Below are positions 19,549 through 29,454 of a stretch of DNA of 64,000 bases, one piece after another. A program made the position numbers and the translations under genes. The notes beneath the pieces were generated by a model. It searched no databases and was not told the origin of the DNA. It saw nothing but the letters and a program-made list of their open reading frames with translations. The DNA comes from an uncultured bacterium. Its GTDB lineage: Bacteria; CSSED10-310; CALFER01. The stretch lies in contig CALFER010000090.1 of assembly GCA_937951895.1 (NCBI GenBank), forward strand, positions 25,648 through 89,647. Reading direction: 5' to 3'. Numbering within the stretch: the first letter of the stretch is position 1; every line of letters begins with the position of its first letter.

Positions 19549-20112
19549 TTACTGAAGGGAACCGATCGCATGCAGGGGCCAGAATCGGAATGTGATGCGG
19601 CCCTCGATGCAGCGTTCCGGAACAAACGGATAGACTTCATGGGCAAGCGCCCATACTCGGCTGTCGTTGCTGTTGGTTCGATGATCGCCGGCCACGAAGT
19701 AGAATCCGCGAGGCACTCGTGTCGGGCGGATCGATTCAGCCGACCGGAATTCCGGGATGACGTAGGATTCGGCCTGGCGGGTGCCGTTGATGAAAACATC
19801 TCCCGATCGGATTTCGACCAGATCCCCGGGTTCAGCCAGAATCCGCTTGATGAGCTGCATTCCGGGGTCAGCCGGACTCTGGAACACGACGATGTCCTGC
19901 CGATGATATCCGTTCCAGCGTGCCGAGATTTTATCCGCGAACACGAAGTCGCCGTGGTGAAGGAGAGGATTCATCGATCCGCCTTCGATCTTGAAGCCCT
20001 TACAGATGTAACCGGTGAGGAAGAACACGAACAGCCCACTCCAGAAAACCGCCCGAAGCCAGTCGCGAATGACGATGTAGTTGATCCCGGTGACAGTTCG
20101 CGCCATGATCAT
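19549..20112 (-). CDS. lepB: Signal peptidase I
   Basis: Has GGSMNP (catalytic Ser) and GDHRTNSNDSR boxes. Confidence 0.85.
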   Translation of the reverse strand: MIMARTVTGINYIVIRDWLRAVFWSGLFVFFLTGYICKGFKIEGGSMNPLLHHGDFVFADKISARWNGYHRQDIVVFQSPADPGMQLIKRILAEPGDLVEIRSGDVFINGTRQAESYVIPEFRSAESIRPTRVPRGFYFVAGDHRTNSNDSRVWALAHEVYPFVPERCIEGRITFRFWPLHAIGSLQ

Positions 20113-21143
20113 TCTCCTGATACTCGAAGCACCTTGGCACCTCGAATGATGCGTTTTTTCAGTTCAATCAATGCCCGATTCGCATCGAGCAAGTCATATT
20201 CCTGCACGTCGGGCCTGACATCCAGATCGCTCGCGATCGATAAAAACTGCCGGATATCCTCACGCGTCACATTGGCGACCGACTTGATCTCTTTCTCCAT
20301 CCATACCTGCTTCTCATAATCCAACGACGACAGAATCCGGATATCGGCTGTTTCTTTCCTGATCGCGTTCACAACGACACGGCCGCCCGGTCTGAGAAAC
20401 TGCAGCGCTTTGAGCACGGGTGTCCACACAGGGGTCGTATCGATGGCGGCATCGAGCATTGCCGGAGGCGTATCCGTGATGTCGCCGGTCCAGTGTGCTC
20501 CGAGCGATCGGGCGAAATCCCTCTCCGATTCATTCCGGGCGAACACAAACACATGGACGTCCGGTGTCCGGTTTCGGATCAGCTTGAGAACCAGATGGTT
20601 GGATGCGCCGAATCCCATCAGGCCGATCGTTCCCGAGCACCGAGCGCCCGTGAGGTGCCAGCTGCGAAACCCGATTGCGCCGGCACACAGAAGCGGAGCG
20701 GCATCCAGATCCGAAATCGACTCCGGAATCGCGACTGCAAAGTGCTCGCGGGCCAGCATGTATTCGGCATAGCCTCCATGCCGATCCCGACCCGTGGCGC
20801 GAAACGCCTCACAGAGATTCTCCTGATGCTCACGACATCGCTCGCACACACCGCATGCCGATGCAATCCAGCCAACGCCCACCCGATCTCCGCAGTGATG
20901 CGCGGTCACACCCGAACCGATGGCGTCGACGATGCCGACAACCTGATGACCCGGAATCATCGGCAGAGATTCAGGAGCGGTGCGACCTTCGATTTCGTCC
21001 AGTTCGGTATGGCAGACGCCGCAGACAAGCACGCGAATCCGAATTTCACCGGAACCGGGCTCCGGCACGGGGATCTCGATCAAGCCCAGCGGCGATTGAT
21101 TATCAGCGATATTGCTTACCTTATGAATTGCCATCGCCCGCAT
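20109..21143 (-). CDS. Zinc-dependent alcohol dehydrogenase family protein
   Basis: Has VCGVCHTELDEIEG (zinc-ligand region) and the GxGxxG fold. Confidence 0.8.
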   Translation of the reverse strand: MRAMAIHKVSNIADNQSPLGLIEIPVPEPGSGEIRIRVLVCGVCHTELDEIEGRTAPESLPMIPGHQVVGIVDAIGSGVTAHHCGDRVGVGWIASACGVCERCREHQENLCEAFRATGRDRHGGYAEYMLAREHFAVAIPESISDLDAAPLLCAGAIGFRSWHLTGARCSGTIGLMGFGASNHLVLKLIRNRTPDVHVFVFARNESERDFARSLGAHWTGDITDTPPAMLDAAIDTTPVWTPVLKALQFLRPGGRVVVNAIRKETADIRILSSLDYEKQVWMEKEIKSVANVTREDIRQFLSIASDLDVRPDVQEYDLLDANRALIELKKRIIRGAKVLRVSGE

Positions 21144-22596
21144 TGGTTGCTTTCCTTAAAAACCAGTCCAGAATCCAGAGGTCTGCTGAATCGGTATCGT
21201 GGACCATGCCTTCGATCTGGGCGTTGTAGACGGCTTCGAGTGGTTCACTGAAGTGTGGTCCCCCTCGGAGAAACACCGCATCGATCCGGTTGGTTCGAGC
21301 GAGTCGGATGAGGTCGCGTCCCTGGAAGACCGGAGGAGCGGGGTGGTGGGTGACGCCGAGAGTGTTTGCGCGATCGAGCAGAAAGCGGAGTCCATCGTCG
21401 GCGGTGCTTCCGTCCGGCCTCAGCGATGCTCGGGAGTCGGCTTCGACCAGACAGGCCAGATCGGCGATCGATGCCGGTTCGATTGATTTTGCGAGTCTTC
21501 GGATGGCGGCATCGGACACGTGATCGGCAGCCGCAAGCTGCATCGGCCGCATATGATGGGATGTCAGGGCGGTCACGAGTTCGAGCGTGCGGGTATGATT
21601 CGTGATCCGGCCCAGAAGATTCGTAGCGCGTTCCGTTCCGGCCGCGTCGTGTCCATAGGATCGGATCGACCCGTCCGGATCGATGGAGGTCGTTGTGGCT
21701 TTCCCCAGGTCGTGGCACAGGACGGAAAGTCCGAGATACCAGCGCTGATCATCGCTGAGGGCATCGCGTCCGGCGATGTCCAGGAATCGGCTGAGCGCGA
21801 GTGCTGTGTGTTCGAATGCATCGCCCTCCGAGTGAAATCGGGGATCCTGCTGGATTCCGGAGAGGTCGGCGAGTTCAGGGAACAGTGCGCGGAGGATACC
21901 GGTATCACGCGCGAATCGCATGGCCTGGACGATTGCATCCGGACGACCCCGCGTGAGGAGTTTCCGGATCTCCTCCCCGATCCGCTCCCGCGGCAGGGTT
22001 GCGAGTAATCCTTCGCCGACCATCTCCCGGCACAGCACGCGGGTTCCCTCGTGGATCTCGAACCCGAACCGCGCGGAAAACTGCACGATTCTCAATACCC
22101 GGAGCGGGTCTTCGCGAAATCTCGGTCCGACATGTCTGAGAATCCCCTGATGAAGATCCGAGCGGCCGTCGAACGGATCGATGATATCCCCGTTGAGCGG
22201 ATCATAGCTGATGGCATTGATTGTGAGATCCCGGCGCGATGCCGCTTCCATGAAGCTCATGGAGGGGTCCGCCTGCACGCTGAACGAGGTGTGACTGCAT
22301 CCTTCCTGGATTTCGCGGCGGGGCACCGAGACATCGATGGTTTGTCCGTTTGCGAGCGTGACTTTCAGTACGGCGAAGGCGGCGCCGACGAGCATGACAT
22401 GTCCGTGTCTCCGGCAGATCGATTTGAGTTGGAGGGGATCGATGCCGAAGACTTCGACATCGAGATCTTTCATGGGGAGGCCGAGCAGGTGATCGCGAAC
22501 GGCGCCGCCGACCAGCAGGGCGCGTCCGCCATGATCGGAAACATCGGTCAGAAAGGTTGTCAGTGCTTCGTCCATGGGTCGTTTTCCACCGAGCAT
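21121..22596 (-). CDS. cca: CCA-adding tRNA nucleotidyltransferase with HD domain
   Basis: LVGGAVRDHLLGLPMKDLDVEV is the polymerase-beta-type nucleotidyltransferase motif. An HD domain (HD...H) lies downstream. The true start may be the internal MDEALTT. Confidence 0.8.
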   Translation of the reverse strand: MLGGKRPMDEALTTFLTDVSDHGGRALLVGGAVRDHLLGLPMKDLDVEVFGIDPLQLKSICRRHGHVMLVGAAFAVLKVTLANGQTIDVSVPRREIQEGCSHTSFSVQADPSMSFMEAASRRDLTINAISYDPLNGDIIDPFDGRSDLHQGILRHVGPRFREDPLRVLRIVQFSARFGFEIHEGTRVLCREMVGEGLLATLPRERIGEEIRKLLTRGRPDAIVQAMRFARDTGILRALFPELADLSGIQQDPRFHSEGDAFEHTALALSRFLDIAGRDALSDDQRWYLGLSVLCHDLGKATTTSIDPDGSIRSYGHDAAGTERATNLLGRITNHTRTLELVTALTSHHMRPMQLAAADHVSDAAIRRLAKSIEPASIADLACLVEADSRASLRPDGSTADDGLRFLLDRANTLGVTHHPAPPVFQGRDLIRLARTNRIDAVFLRGGPHFSEPLEAVYNAQIEGMVHDTDSADLWILDWFLRKATNAGDGNS

Positions 22597-22745
22597 GCAT
22601 CATCATCGCGAAGGCATGCATTGTCAAGGATCCACTCCGCAAACAAGTTGTTGAACCGCGTTTTTTTCGTTAATGTGTTTTGTTTGTGCAGTCCAGTCAG
22701 TTATTCGGACTGCGGTGATTCAACGTTTTGAAGGAAGAGGTTTCA

Positions 22746-25319
22746 ATGAGAATCAAGCCGTTCCTCGTGCACACCAACATCCCGGATCGCCTTCAACATC
22801 TTCGTGAATTAGCCATGAACCTCTGGTTTTCATGGAACACCGAAGCCCTCGACCTCCTCATCCGGCTCGGCTACAAACCCAGTCAGACCTCGAAGATCGA
22901 CTACTGGGAGGAGTCGGATCAGAACCCCGTCAAGATGCTCGGTCTCCTGCCACAAAAGGAATTCATTGAAGCGTGCAACGACGAAAGCTTTCTGTCGAAT
23001 CTCGATCGAGTCTATTCCCGTTTTCAGGAGTATCTGACGCGTAAGGCCTGGTTTGCTCGGAACTACCCCGGGGATAAAGATTTTCTGGTCGCATACTTCT
23101 CCTGCGAATACGGATTGGACGAATGCCTGCCGGTCTACAGCGGAGGTCTCGGCATCCTCTCCGGTGATCACCTCAAATCCTCCAGCGATCTCGGAATCCC
23201 GCTCGTCGGCATCGGACTCCTCTACCAGGAAGGCTACTTTCAGCAGTATCTGAACAACGACGGGTTTCAGCAGGAGCGGTATCCGACGAACGATTGGTAC
23301 AATATGCCCGTCACACAGGAGACCGATGCGAACGGCCGGCCGATTCAGATCAGTGTCGAATTGGAGGATGAGGAGGTGCATGTGCGCGTCTGGCGCGTCC
23401 AGGTTGGACGGACGCCGCTGTATCTTCTGGATACGAATTTTCCCGAGAACGATCCGGAGTATCGGAAGATCACGAGCCGGTTGTACGGTGGAGACCGTGA
23501 GATGCGGATCCGGCAGGAGATCGTCCTGGGCATCGGTGGCGTACGCGCACTCGATGCGCTCGGAATCACGCCCACCGTGTATCATATCAACGAGGGCCAT
23601 TCGGCGTTCCTGGCGATCGAACGCATCCGTCAGCTCATGGATGCGCACGATGTGACATTTTCCGAAGCGTTCGAGATCGTATGGGCATCAAATGCTTTCA
23701 CGACACATACTCCGGTTCCGGCCGGAAACGAAACATTCTCGATCGACCTGATCCAGAAGTATTTCACGACCTACTCCAAGGACATCGGCATGACGATCGA
23801 CCAGTTCATCGAGTTCGGGCAGGAAAAACCCGGCAAGTCACCGGTGTTTTCGATGACCGTGCTCGCACTCCGGATGTCCGCGTTTTGCAATGGCGTCTCG
23901 AAACTCCACGGAGACACCTCGCGCAGAATGTGGCAATTCCTGTGGCCGGATCTGCCACTCGACGAAGTGCCGATCACGAGCATCACCAACGGTATTCACA
24001 CGATGTCCTGGATCAGCAACGGCATGCGGGATCTTTTCGAGCGTTACATCGGTCCGCAGTTTCGCGAGGAACCCGAAAATGTGGCGCTCTGGGACCGGGT
24101 GGACAACATACCGGACAACGAACTCTGGCGGGTGCATCAGATCCGTCGCGAGCGTCTGATCGCCTTTACGCGAAAACGTCTGGTGCGCCAGTTGCGAAGG
24201 AGGGGTGCGAGTCCGGGTGAGGTTCGTCCCGCCGAGGAAGTGCTCGATCCGCATGCCCTGACCATTGGCTTTTCGCGCCGTTTCGCGAGCTACAAGCGGG
24301 CGTCGCTCCTGTTCACCGATCTCGACCGGCTCGCGGCTATCCTCAATCACACCGATCGGCCCGTCCAGATCATCTTCGCCGGGAAGGCGCACCCGCAAGA
24401 CAACCCGGGAAAGGAACTGATCCGTCAGATCATCAAGGTTGCGAACATGCCGCAGTTCCGCGATCGGGTGGTCTTCATCGAGAATTACGATATTTGCGTT
24501 GCCCGCTATCTGATTCAGGGAACGGATATCTGGCTCAACACCCCCAGACGCCCGCTCGAGGCCTCCGGAACATCCGGAATGAAAGCCGCCCTCAACGGCG
24601 CGCTCAATGTCAGCGTCCTGGACGGATGGTGGGTCGAAGGCAATGGTGAACTCAATGGATGGGCAATCGGCTCGGGTGAGGAGTATCGGGACGCCGAGAT
24701 TCAGGACGAGATCGAGAGTGAAGCGCTCTACAGATTGCTCGAAAACGACATCATTCCGACGTTCTATGAACGGGACAGGGCGGGACTCCCGCGACAGTGG
24801 ATCCGCATGATGAAATCCTCGATCAAGAATCTCGGATCTTACTTCAACACCCACCGCATGCTGATCGACTACACCCAGAGTTCCTACATCAATGCCTCGC
24901 ATGCGCATGCCGCTCTGTTATCCGATCAGTGCAAAGCCGCACGGGAACTCGCGCAATGGCGAGACCGCATCACGAGGGCCTGGTCGCAGGTCGCCATCGG
25001 CAACGGCACACTCGACCGTGAAACTGATATCAAATCTGGCGACCAGGTCGGGATCAGCGCCCGGGTATGGCTCGGATTCCTCTCCCCGCAGGATGTCAGT
25101 GTCGAGGTCTATTTCGGGCGGCTGGACAGCGATGATGAGTTTATCGACGGTGAGATCATCCCGATGCAGCCTGCGGGACAGTCGGATGGGGCCGTGCTGT
25201 ATCGCGGATTGATCAACGTGCGCTATCACGGCCGCTGCGGCTATGCGATCCGTGTGCTCCCCAGACACCCGAATCTCGTGCATCCCTACACGCCATCATT
25301 GATCCGCTGGGAAAAGTAA
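22746..25319 (+). CDS. glgP: Alpha-glucan (glycogen/maltodextrin) phosphorylase, GT35
   Basis: EASGTSGMKAALNGA is the pyridoxal-phosphate Lys region. ATG 22746 has AGGAAGAGG upstream. The track ORF starts at TTG 22728. Confidence 0.9.
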   Translation: MRIKPFLVHTNIPDRLQHLRELAMNLWFSWNTEALDLLIRLGYKPSQTSKIDYWEESDQNPVKMLGLLPQKEFIEACNDESFLSNLDRVYSRFQEYLTRKAWFARNYPGDKDFLVAYFSCEYGLDECLPVYSGGLGILSGDHLKSSSDLGIPLVGIGLLYQEGYFQQYLNNDGFQQERYPTNDWYNMPVTQETDANGRPIQISVELEDEEVHVRVWRVQVGRTPLYLLDTNFPENDPEYRKITSRLYGGDREMRIRQEIVLGIGGVRALDALGITPTVYHINEGHSAFLAIERIRQLMDAHDVTFSEAFEIVWASNAFTTHTPVPAGNETFSIDLIQKYFTTYSKDIGMTIDQFIEFGQEKPGKSPVFSMTVLALRMSAFCNGVSKLHGDTSRRMWQFLWPDLPLDEVPITSITNGIHTMSWISNGMRDLFERYIGPQFREEPENVALWDRVDNIPDNELWRVHQIRRERLIAFTRKRLVRQLRRRGASPGEVRPAEEVLDPHALTIGFSRRFASYKRASLLFTDLDRLAAILNHTDRPVQIIFAGKAHPQDNPGKELIRQIIKVANMPQFRDRVVFIENYDICVARYLIQGTDIWLNTPRRPLEASGTSGMKAALNGALNVSVLDGWWVEGNGELNGWAIGSGEEYRDAEIQDEIESEALYRLLENDIIPTFYERDRAGLPRQWIRMMKSSIKNLGSYFNTHRMLIDYTQSSYINASHAHAALLSDQCKAARELAQWRDRITRAWSQVAIGNGTLDRETDIKSGDQVGISARVWLGFLSPQDVSVEVYFGRLDSDDEFIDGEIIPMQPAGQSDGAVLYRGLINVRYHGRCGYAIRVLPRHPNLVHPYTPSLIRWEK

Positions 25320-27030
25320 TCCATCGGGAATACGCAGCATTACCCATCAGTTTCTGCATCATCGCCCGAGGTGCATCCGCCAGATCTACAGCGACAAGCG
25401 CATCCGTTGTGTGATTGAAGCGCGGATCGACATTGAACTGAACGATCTTACCTCCCAGATTCAAATACTGACGCACGAGAACCGGTATTTCGGCAGATTC
25501 CGGATCGATGTCAGCGATCACCTCAGATAACTCATCGATCGAACGAACGAACTCAACGATCGACCGGTCATCCTGCATGAATCGCCGACGCCAGCGATAC
25601 GGGTTTCGTGGTTTGACGAAGGAATGCAGATCGGTATGAAAATGGTGCATTTTCAGATAAGCGAGAATCAGTTGGACAGTGCGGTGATGATATCTGGGTG
25701 AGATACTGACAACGCCGAACAGATATCGGTATTGCGGATTTTCAGAAAGGTAGCAGGCGATACCCTTCCAAAGCAAAAAGAGCGGCCAGAAGGATTTCTG
25801 AAACTCAGGAAGCACAAAAGAACGTCCCAATTCAATTGAAGGTGTTTTAAAAAGTGGCATCCCGGGGCTGAATTTAAAGAGCGTAGACGTATAAATACCA
25901 ACCATCCCCCTGAGTCTCAGTTGTTCATCGACAAGACCCATCCGGTATCCACCCGCTATGCGTCCTGCGTCATTGTTCCAAAGGATCACATGCAGATAAT
26001 CCGAGTCGAATCGATCGAGATCAACCGGATGACCGGTACCTTCACCGGCCATTCTGAAGGTGAACTCACGCAGCAGTCCAATTTCGGAAATCGCATGCGG
26101 CGCGGCGCGTGAGGTGGTCAGAAACACCTCATAGTCTCCTCCCCCCACAAGCCATCGCGAACCTTTGGAATTACGCAGTTCAGATTCAATCCGGTGCAGA
26201 ACATCTCGATCTGAGGCTGGCGATAATGTCGCATCTGTTGATTGGATTTTCGAGTATCGAACAGCATCTGGTTTCATGGATACCTGGTGACCGAGGCAAT
26301 ACGTTCGAGCTCTGAGGTACGATGTTGTCATATCCTGATGCTCTTGACGATTCTGGAGATCCAACGCAATCGGACGGCCGATTCTCACGCTGATTTTCCG
26401 GCGCACTTTATTCATCAGTTCATGGGGAAGCATCAAGGTGCGCAGGCGGGGGTGTATAAGACCGAGAAGGTGAAACGGGAGACTATTCGATCCGGCGATA
26501 TATACAGGGATGACAGTTGCAGCAGTCCGCGCGATAAGACGAGCCGCGAAATTTTTCCAGGGAGGGTCCGTAATCCTTCGCTCTTTGAGACGCAGATGGG
26601 AAACCTCGCCGGCTGGAAAGAGTGCAAGAAGGCCATTGTTTCCAACGTGCTCGACAGCTTTCCGGATCGAAACCGTGTTGAAGCGGACTGATTCGTGGGA
26701 TTCAAATGGATCGATCCAGAAGAAGAACGGTTGGAGTTCTGGGATGATGCTGAGCCATTTATTGGCGAGCATTTTTGAATCGTGGCGACGCCTTTTCAGA
26801 AGCAGCGCAAGGATTAACCCTTCAATCGCCCCGAATGGATGATTGGCGACAACGATGACAGGTCCCTCCTGCGGAATTCGCTCGAGTTGCTCAGATGGAC
26901 AATCGATTGTGACTTCGAGTTCACGAAGTGCGCGTTCGATAAACGCAGGACCGCTAGCATTGGGCATCTGAACTCGCGCATATGTCTTTCTCAGCTTTCC
27001 AGGTACCGGTATCCTTGCCGCAATATTCAT
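25213..27030 (-). CDS. Bifunctional OlsF-like acyltransferase: N-terminal lysophospholipid (PlsC/OlsA-like) O-acyltransferase plus C-terminal OlsB/GNAT-like N-acyltransferase
   Basis: The N-terminal VVANHPFGAIEGL is an HX4D/E acyltransferase-type motif. The C-terminal half resembles OlsB-type N-acyltransferases. The roughly 600 aa fused architecture matches OlsF-type aminolipid synthases. Confidence 0.65.
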   Translation of the reverse strand: MNIAARIPVPGKLRKTYARVQMPNASGPAFIERALRELEVTIDCPSEQLERIPQEGPVIVVANHPFGAIEGLILALLLKRRRHDSKMLANKWLSIIPELQPFFFWIDPFESHESVRFNTVSIRKAVEHVGNNGLLALFPAGEVSHLRLKERRITDPPWKNFAARLIARTAATVIPVYIAGSNSLPFHLLGLIHPRLRTLMLPHELMNKVRRKISVRIGRPIALDLQNRQEHQDMTTSYLRARTYCLGHQVSMKPDAVRYSKIQSTDATLSPASDRDVLHRIESELRNSKGSRWLVGGGDYEVFLTTSRAAPHAISEIGLLREFTFRMAGEGTGHPVDLDRFDSDYLHVILWNNDAGRIAGGYRMGLVDEQLRLRGMVGIYTSTLFKFSPGMPLFKTPSIELGRSFVLPEFQKSFWPLFLLWKGIACYLSENPQYRYLFGVVSISPRYHHRTVQLILAYLKMHHFHTDLHSFVKPRNPYRWRRRFMQDDRSIVEFVRSIDELSEVIADIDPESAEIPVLVRQYLNLGGKIVQFNVDPRFNHTTDALVAVDLADAPRAMMQKLMGNAAYSRWITFPSGSMMACRDARDSGVWGAHGSHSRSGRDSAR

Positions 27031-27175
27031 GCGTCATTCCTCCCATGCGTATCATGAGCGGATCAGATTCAATGATCGTGAGAATCTCGCAAGATTTTCC
27101 ACATCCAATCAAACCTCGCTCTTGACCGCCGCCGAACACGCTTTCTATATTGGAAGGATTGCAAGGAGGTTCATC

Positions 27176-28372
27176 ATGATTGAGATTCAAAAACAGCGTC
27201 AGGAGATCGAAACCAATGTGTCCCAGTTTCTGGGAGATATGATCCGAATCCCCTCGACCAGCGGGAATGAAGGAGGCGTGATCCATCGCATCGCTTCCGA
27301 AATGAAAACGGTCGGATTCGATGATGTCAGAATCGATCCATTCGGGAATGTCATCGGAAGAATCGGATCAGGGCCTCGCCTGATTGCTTTCGATGCGCAT
27401 GTCGATACGGTGGATGTCGGAAACCGGAGCCTGTGGGAATTCGACCCGTTTTCAGGTCACATCCGGGACGGATTTGTCTGGGGTCGCGGCGCATCCGATC
27501 AGGAAGGCGGCATGGCATCCATGGTCCACGCCGGATGGCTCATGAAGAAATACGGTCTTCTCGATCCCGAATTCACGGTGCTCATGACCGGAACCGTCTC
27601 GGAGGAAGATTGCGATGGATTGTGCTGGCGATACCTGATCGAGAAGGAGGGGATTCGGCCGGAACTGGTCGTGGTTACAGAACCGACGGACTGCCGATTG
27701 TATCGCGGACAGCGGGGACGGATGGAAATCACGGCGACCATGCCGGGAGTCAGCTCGCATGGATCCGCTCCGGAACGCGGCGACAACGCGATCATCAAGA
27801 TGGCCGAGATCATCCGGCAGGTCCCTTCGCTGGCTAAGCGTCTGGGTGTCGACGAGTTTCTCGGGAAAGGCTCCATCACGATCAGTCAGGCCACATCGAC
27901 CGCCCCCTCCCTGTGCTCGGTGGCGGACTCCTGCCAGATCTACTTCGATCGCCGGCTGACCTGGGGAGAAACACCGGATCACGCGGTCGAGGAAATCCGG
28001 AAGCTCGATCCGACCGGACAACTCAAGGTCGAGGTTCCCGAGTATACGACTCCGACGCACACCGGACTGGTGTATCCGGTCGTAAAGGAGTTTCCCGCCT
28101 GGAAGACACCCGAGTCGCATGCATCGGTGCAGGCCGGTATCCGGACATTCAGCGAACTGTTCGGCCGTCCCGTCGAGGTCGGCCGCTGGACGTTCTCGAC
28201 GAACGGCGTGGCGATTTCCGGAGTGCACCGGATTCCGTGCATCGGATTCGGACCGGGGCGCGAGGAATGGGCGCACGCGCCGAACGAGCGGATCGCGATC
28301 GAACAACTCACGATGGCGGCCCTGTTTTATGCGTACTTCCCGTCGTTTTATCTGAAGGCCTGTCGCGGGTGA
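27176..28372 (+). CDS. M20 family peptidase/deacylase (YgeY-like)
   Basis: MIEIQKQRQ...IPSTSGNEGGV...GRGASDQEG is typical of M20 peptidases. AGGAGG RBS before ATG 27176. The track ORF starts earlier at 27029. Confidence 0.7.
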   Translation: MIEIQKQRQEIETNVSQFLGDMIRIPSTSGNEGGVIHRIASEMKTVGFDDVRIDPFGNVIGRIGSGPRLIAFDAHVDTVDVGNRSLWEFDPFSGHIRDGFVWGRGASDQEGGMASMVHAGWLMKKYGLLDPEFTVLMTGTVSEEDCDGLCWRYLIEKEGIRPELVVVTEPTDCRLYRGQRGRMEITATMPGVSSHGSAPERGDNAIIKMAEIIRQVPSLAKRLGVDEFLGKGSITISQATSTAPSLCSVADSCQIYFDRRLTWGETPDHAVEEIRKLDPTGQLKVEVPEYTTPTHTGLVYPVVKEFPAWKTPESHASVQAGIRTFSELFGRPVEVGRWTFSTNGVAISGVHRIPCIGFGPGREEWAHAPNERIAIEQLTMAALFYAYFPSFYLKACRG

Positions 28373-28399
28373 ACCGGATTTAACTCGTAATGCATTCAT

Positions 28400-28427
28400 T
28401 TGATTGACTTCATCTTCATGTTATGAT
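28400..28427 (+). promoter_or_regulatory. Putative sigma70-type promoter for the ygeW-hyuA pair (TTGATT-16-TATGAT)
   Basis: AT-rich gap after the M20 gene. -35 TTGATT at 28400-28405 and -10 TATGAT at 28422-28427, with 16-nt spacing. It lies about 40 nt upstream of the ygeW start. Confidence 0.3.
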
Positions 28428-28467
28428 GCACGAGGTCACTCAACGGACTTTATACAAGGAGGAGCGG

Positions 28468-29454
28468 ATGCAGACATTGTTCAGAAACAAACACCTGATC
28501 ACTCTTCAGGAATGGACACGCGAAGAAATCGACACCCTGCTCGAAACATCCAAACACCTCAAACTGATGTTTGCGATGGGTCAGCCGCACCGGTATCTGC
28601 AGGATAAAACCGCGTTCATGATCTTCTTCGAGCAGTCGACACGGACTCGGAATTCCGTGGAAGCCGGCATCACCCAACTCGGCGGACATGCCCATGATCT
28701 GACACCGGACAAGATGCAGTTGTCTCATGGTGAGTCGGCGAAGGATACCGCGATGGTGCTGTCTCGATTCGGTCATGGCATTGCAATCCGGAATTGTTTT
28801 TATGGAATCGGCAACAAGTATCTCCGGGAAGTCGCTCACTACAGCTCAATCCCGATCATCAATCTCCAGGATGATCTCTATCACCCGCTTCAGGCATTGG
28901 CCGATCTGATGACCATCCAGGAAAAGTTCGGCTCCACGCAGGGGCTCAAAGTCACGATTTCATGGGCATATGCCACCTCTCATGCGAAACCGCTCTCCGT
29001 TCCGTTATCCCAGATCCTTCTGTTCACGCGTTACGGGATGGATGTCACGGTGGCCGCACCGAAGGAATTCCCCCTGCTTCCGGATCTGGTGGCTCAAGCT
29101 GATCAAAATGCACAACAGCACGGCGGCAAACTGTCGTTCGTCGACAATATGGACGAGGGGTTCAAGGGCGCTCACGTCGTGATCCCGAAAAACTGGGGTG
29201 GGTTCGCCTGCACGCAGGATCCCAAGGAAATGTCCGCGAATCTTGAAAAGTACAAGAGCTGGATCTGCAACGAACAACGCATGGCACTTGCATCGAAGGA
29301 CGTCGTCTACATGCATGCTCTCCCGGCGGACCGTGGAAAGGAAGTCACCGACGCGGTCATCGACGGACCACACTCGATAATCTATGACGAGGCCGAAAAT
29401 CGACTGCATACCGTCAAGGCCGTCATGGCGCTGACCATGGGAGGCCGTCCCTGA
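28468..29454 (+). CDS. ygeW: YgeW-type knotted carbamoyltransferase
   Basis: FEQSTRTRNS (the STRTR carbamoyl-phosphate motif), ...KPLSVP... and TRYGMDVTVAAPKEF parallel E. coli YgeW (STRTR, KPLSVPQ, TRFGMDVTLAHPEGY). AAGGAGG RBS. Confidence 0.8.
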   Translation: MQTLFRNKHLITLQEWTREEIDTLLETSKHLKLMFAMGQPHRYLQDKTAFMIFFEQSTRTRNSVEAGITQLGGHAHDLTPDKMQLSHGESAKDTAMVLSRFGHGIAIRNCFYGIGNKYLREVAHYSSIPIINLQDDLYHPLQALADLMTIQEKFGSTQGLKVTISWAYATSHAKPLSVPLSQILLFTRYGMDVTVAAPKEFPLLPDLVAQADQNAQQHGGKLSFVDNMDEGFKGAHVVIPKNWGGFACTQDPKEMSANLEKYKSWICNEQRMALASKDVVYMHALPADRGKEVTDAVIDGPHSIIYDEAENRLHTVKAVMALTMGGRP

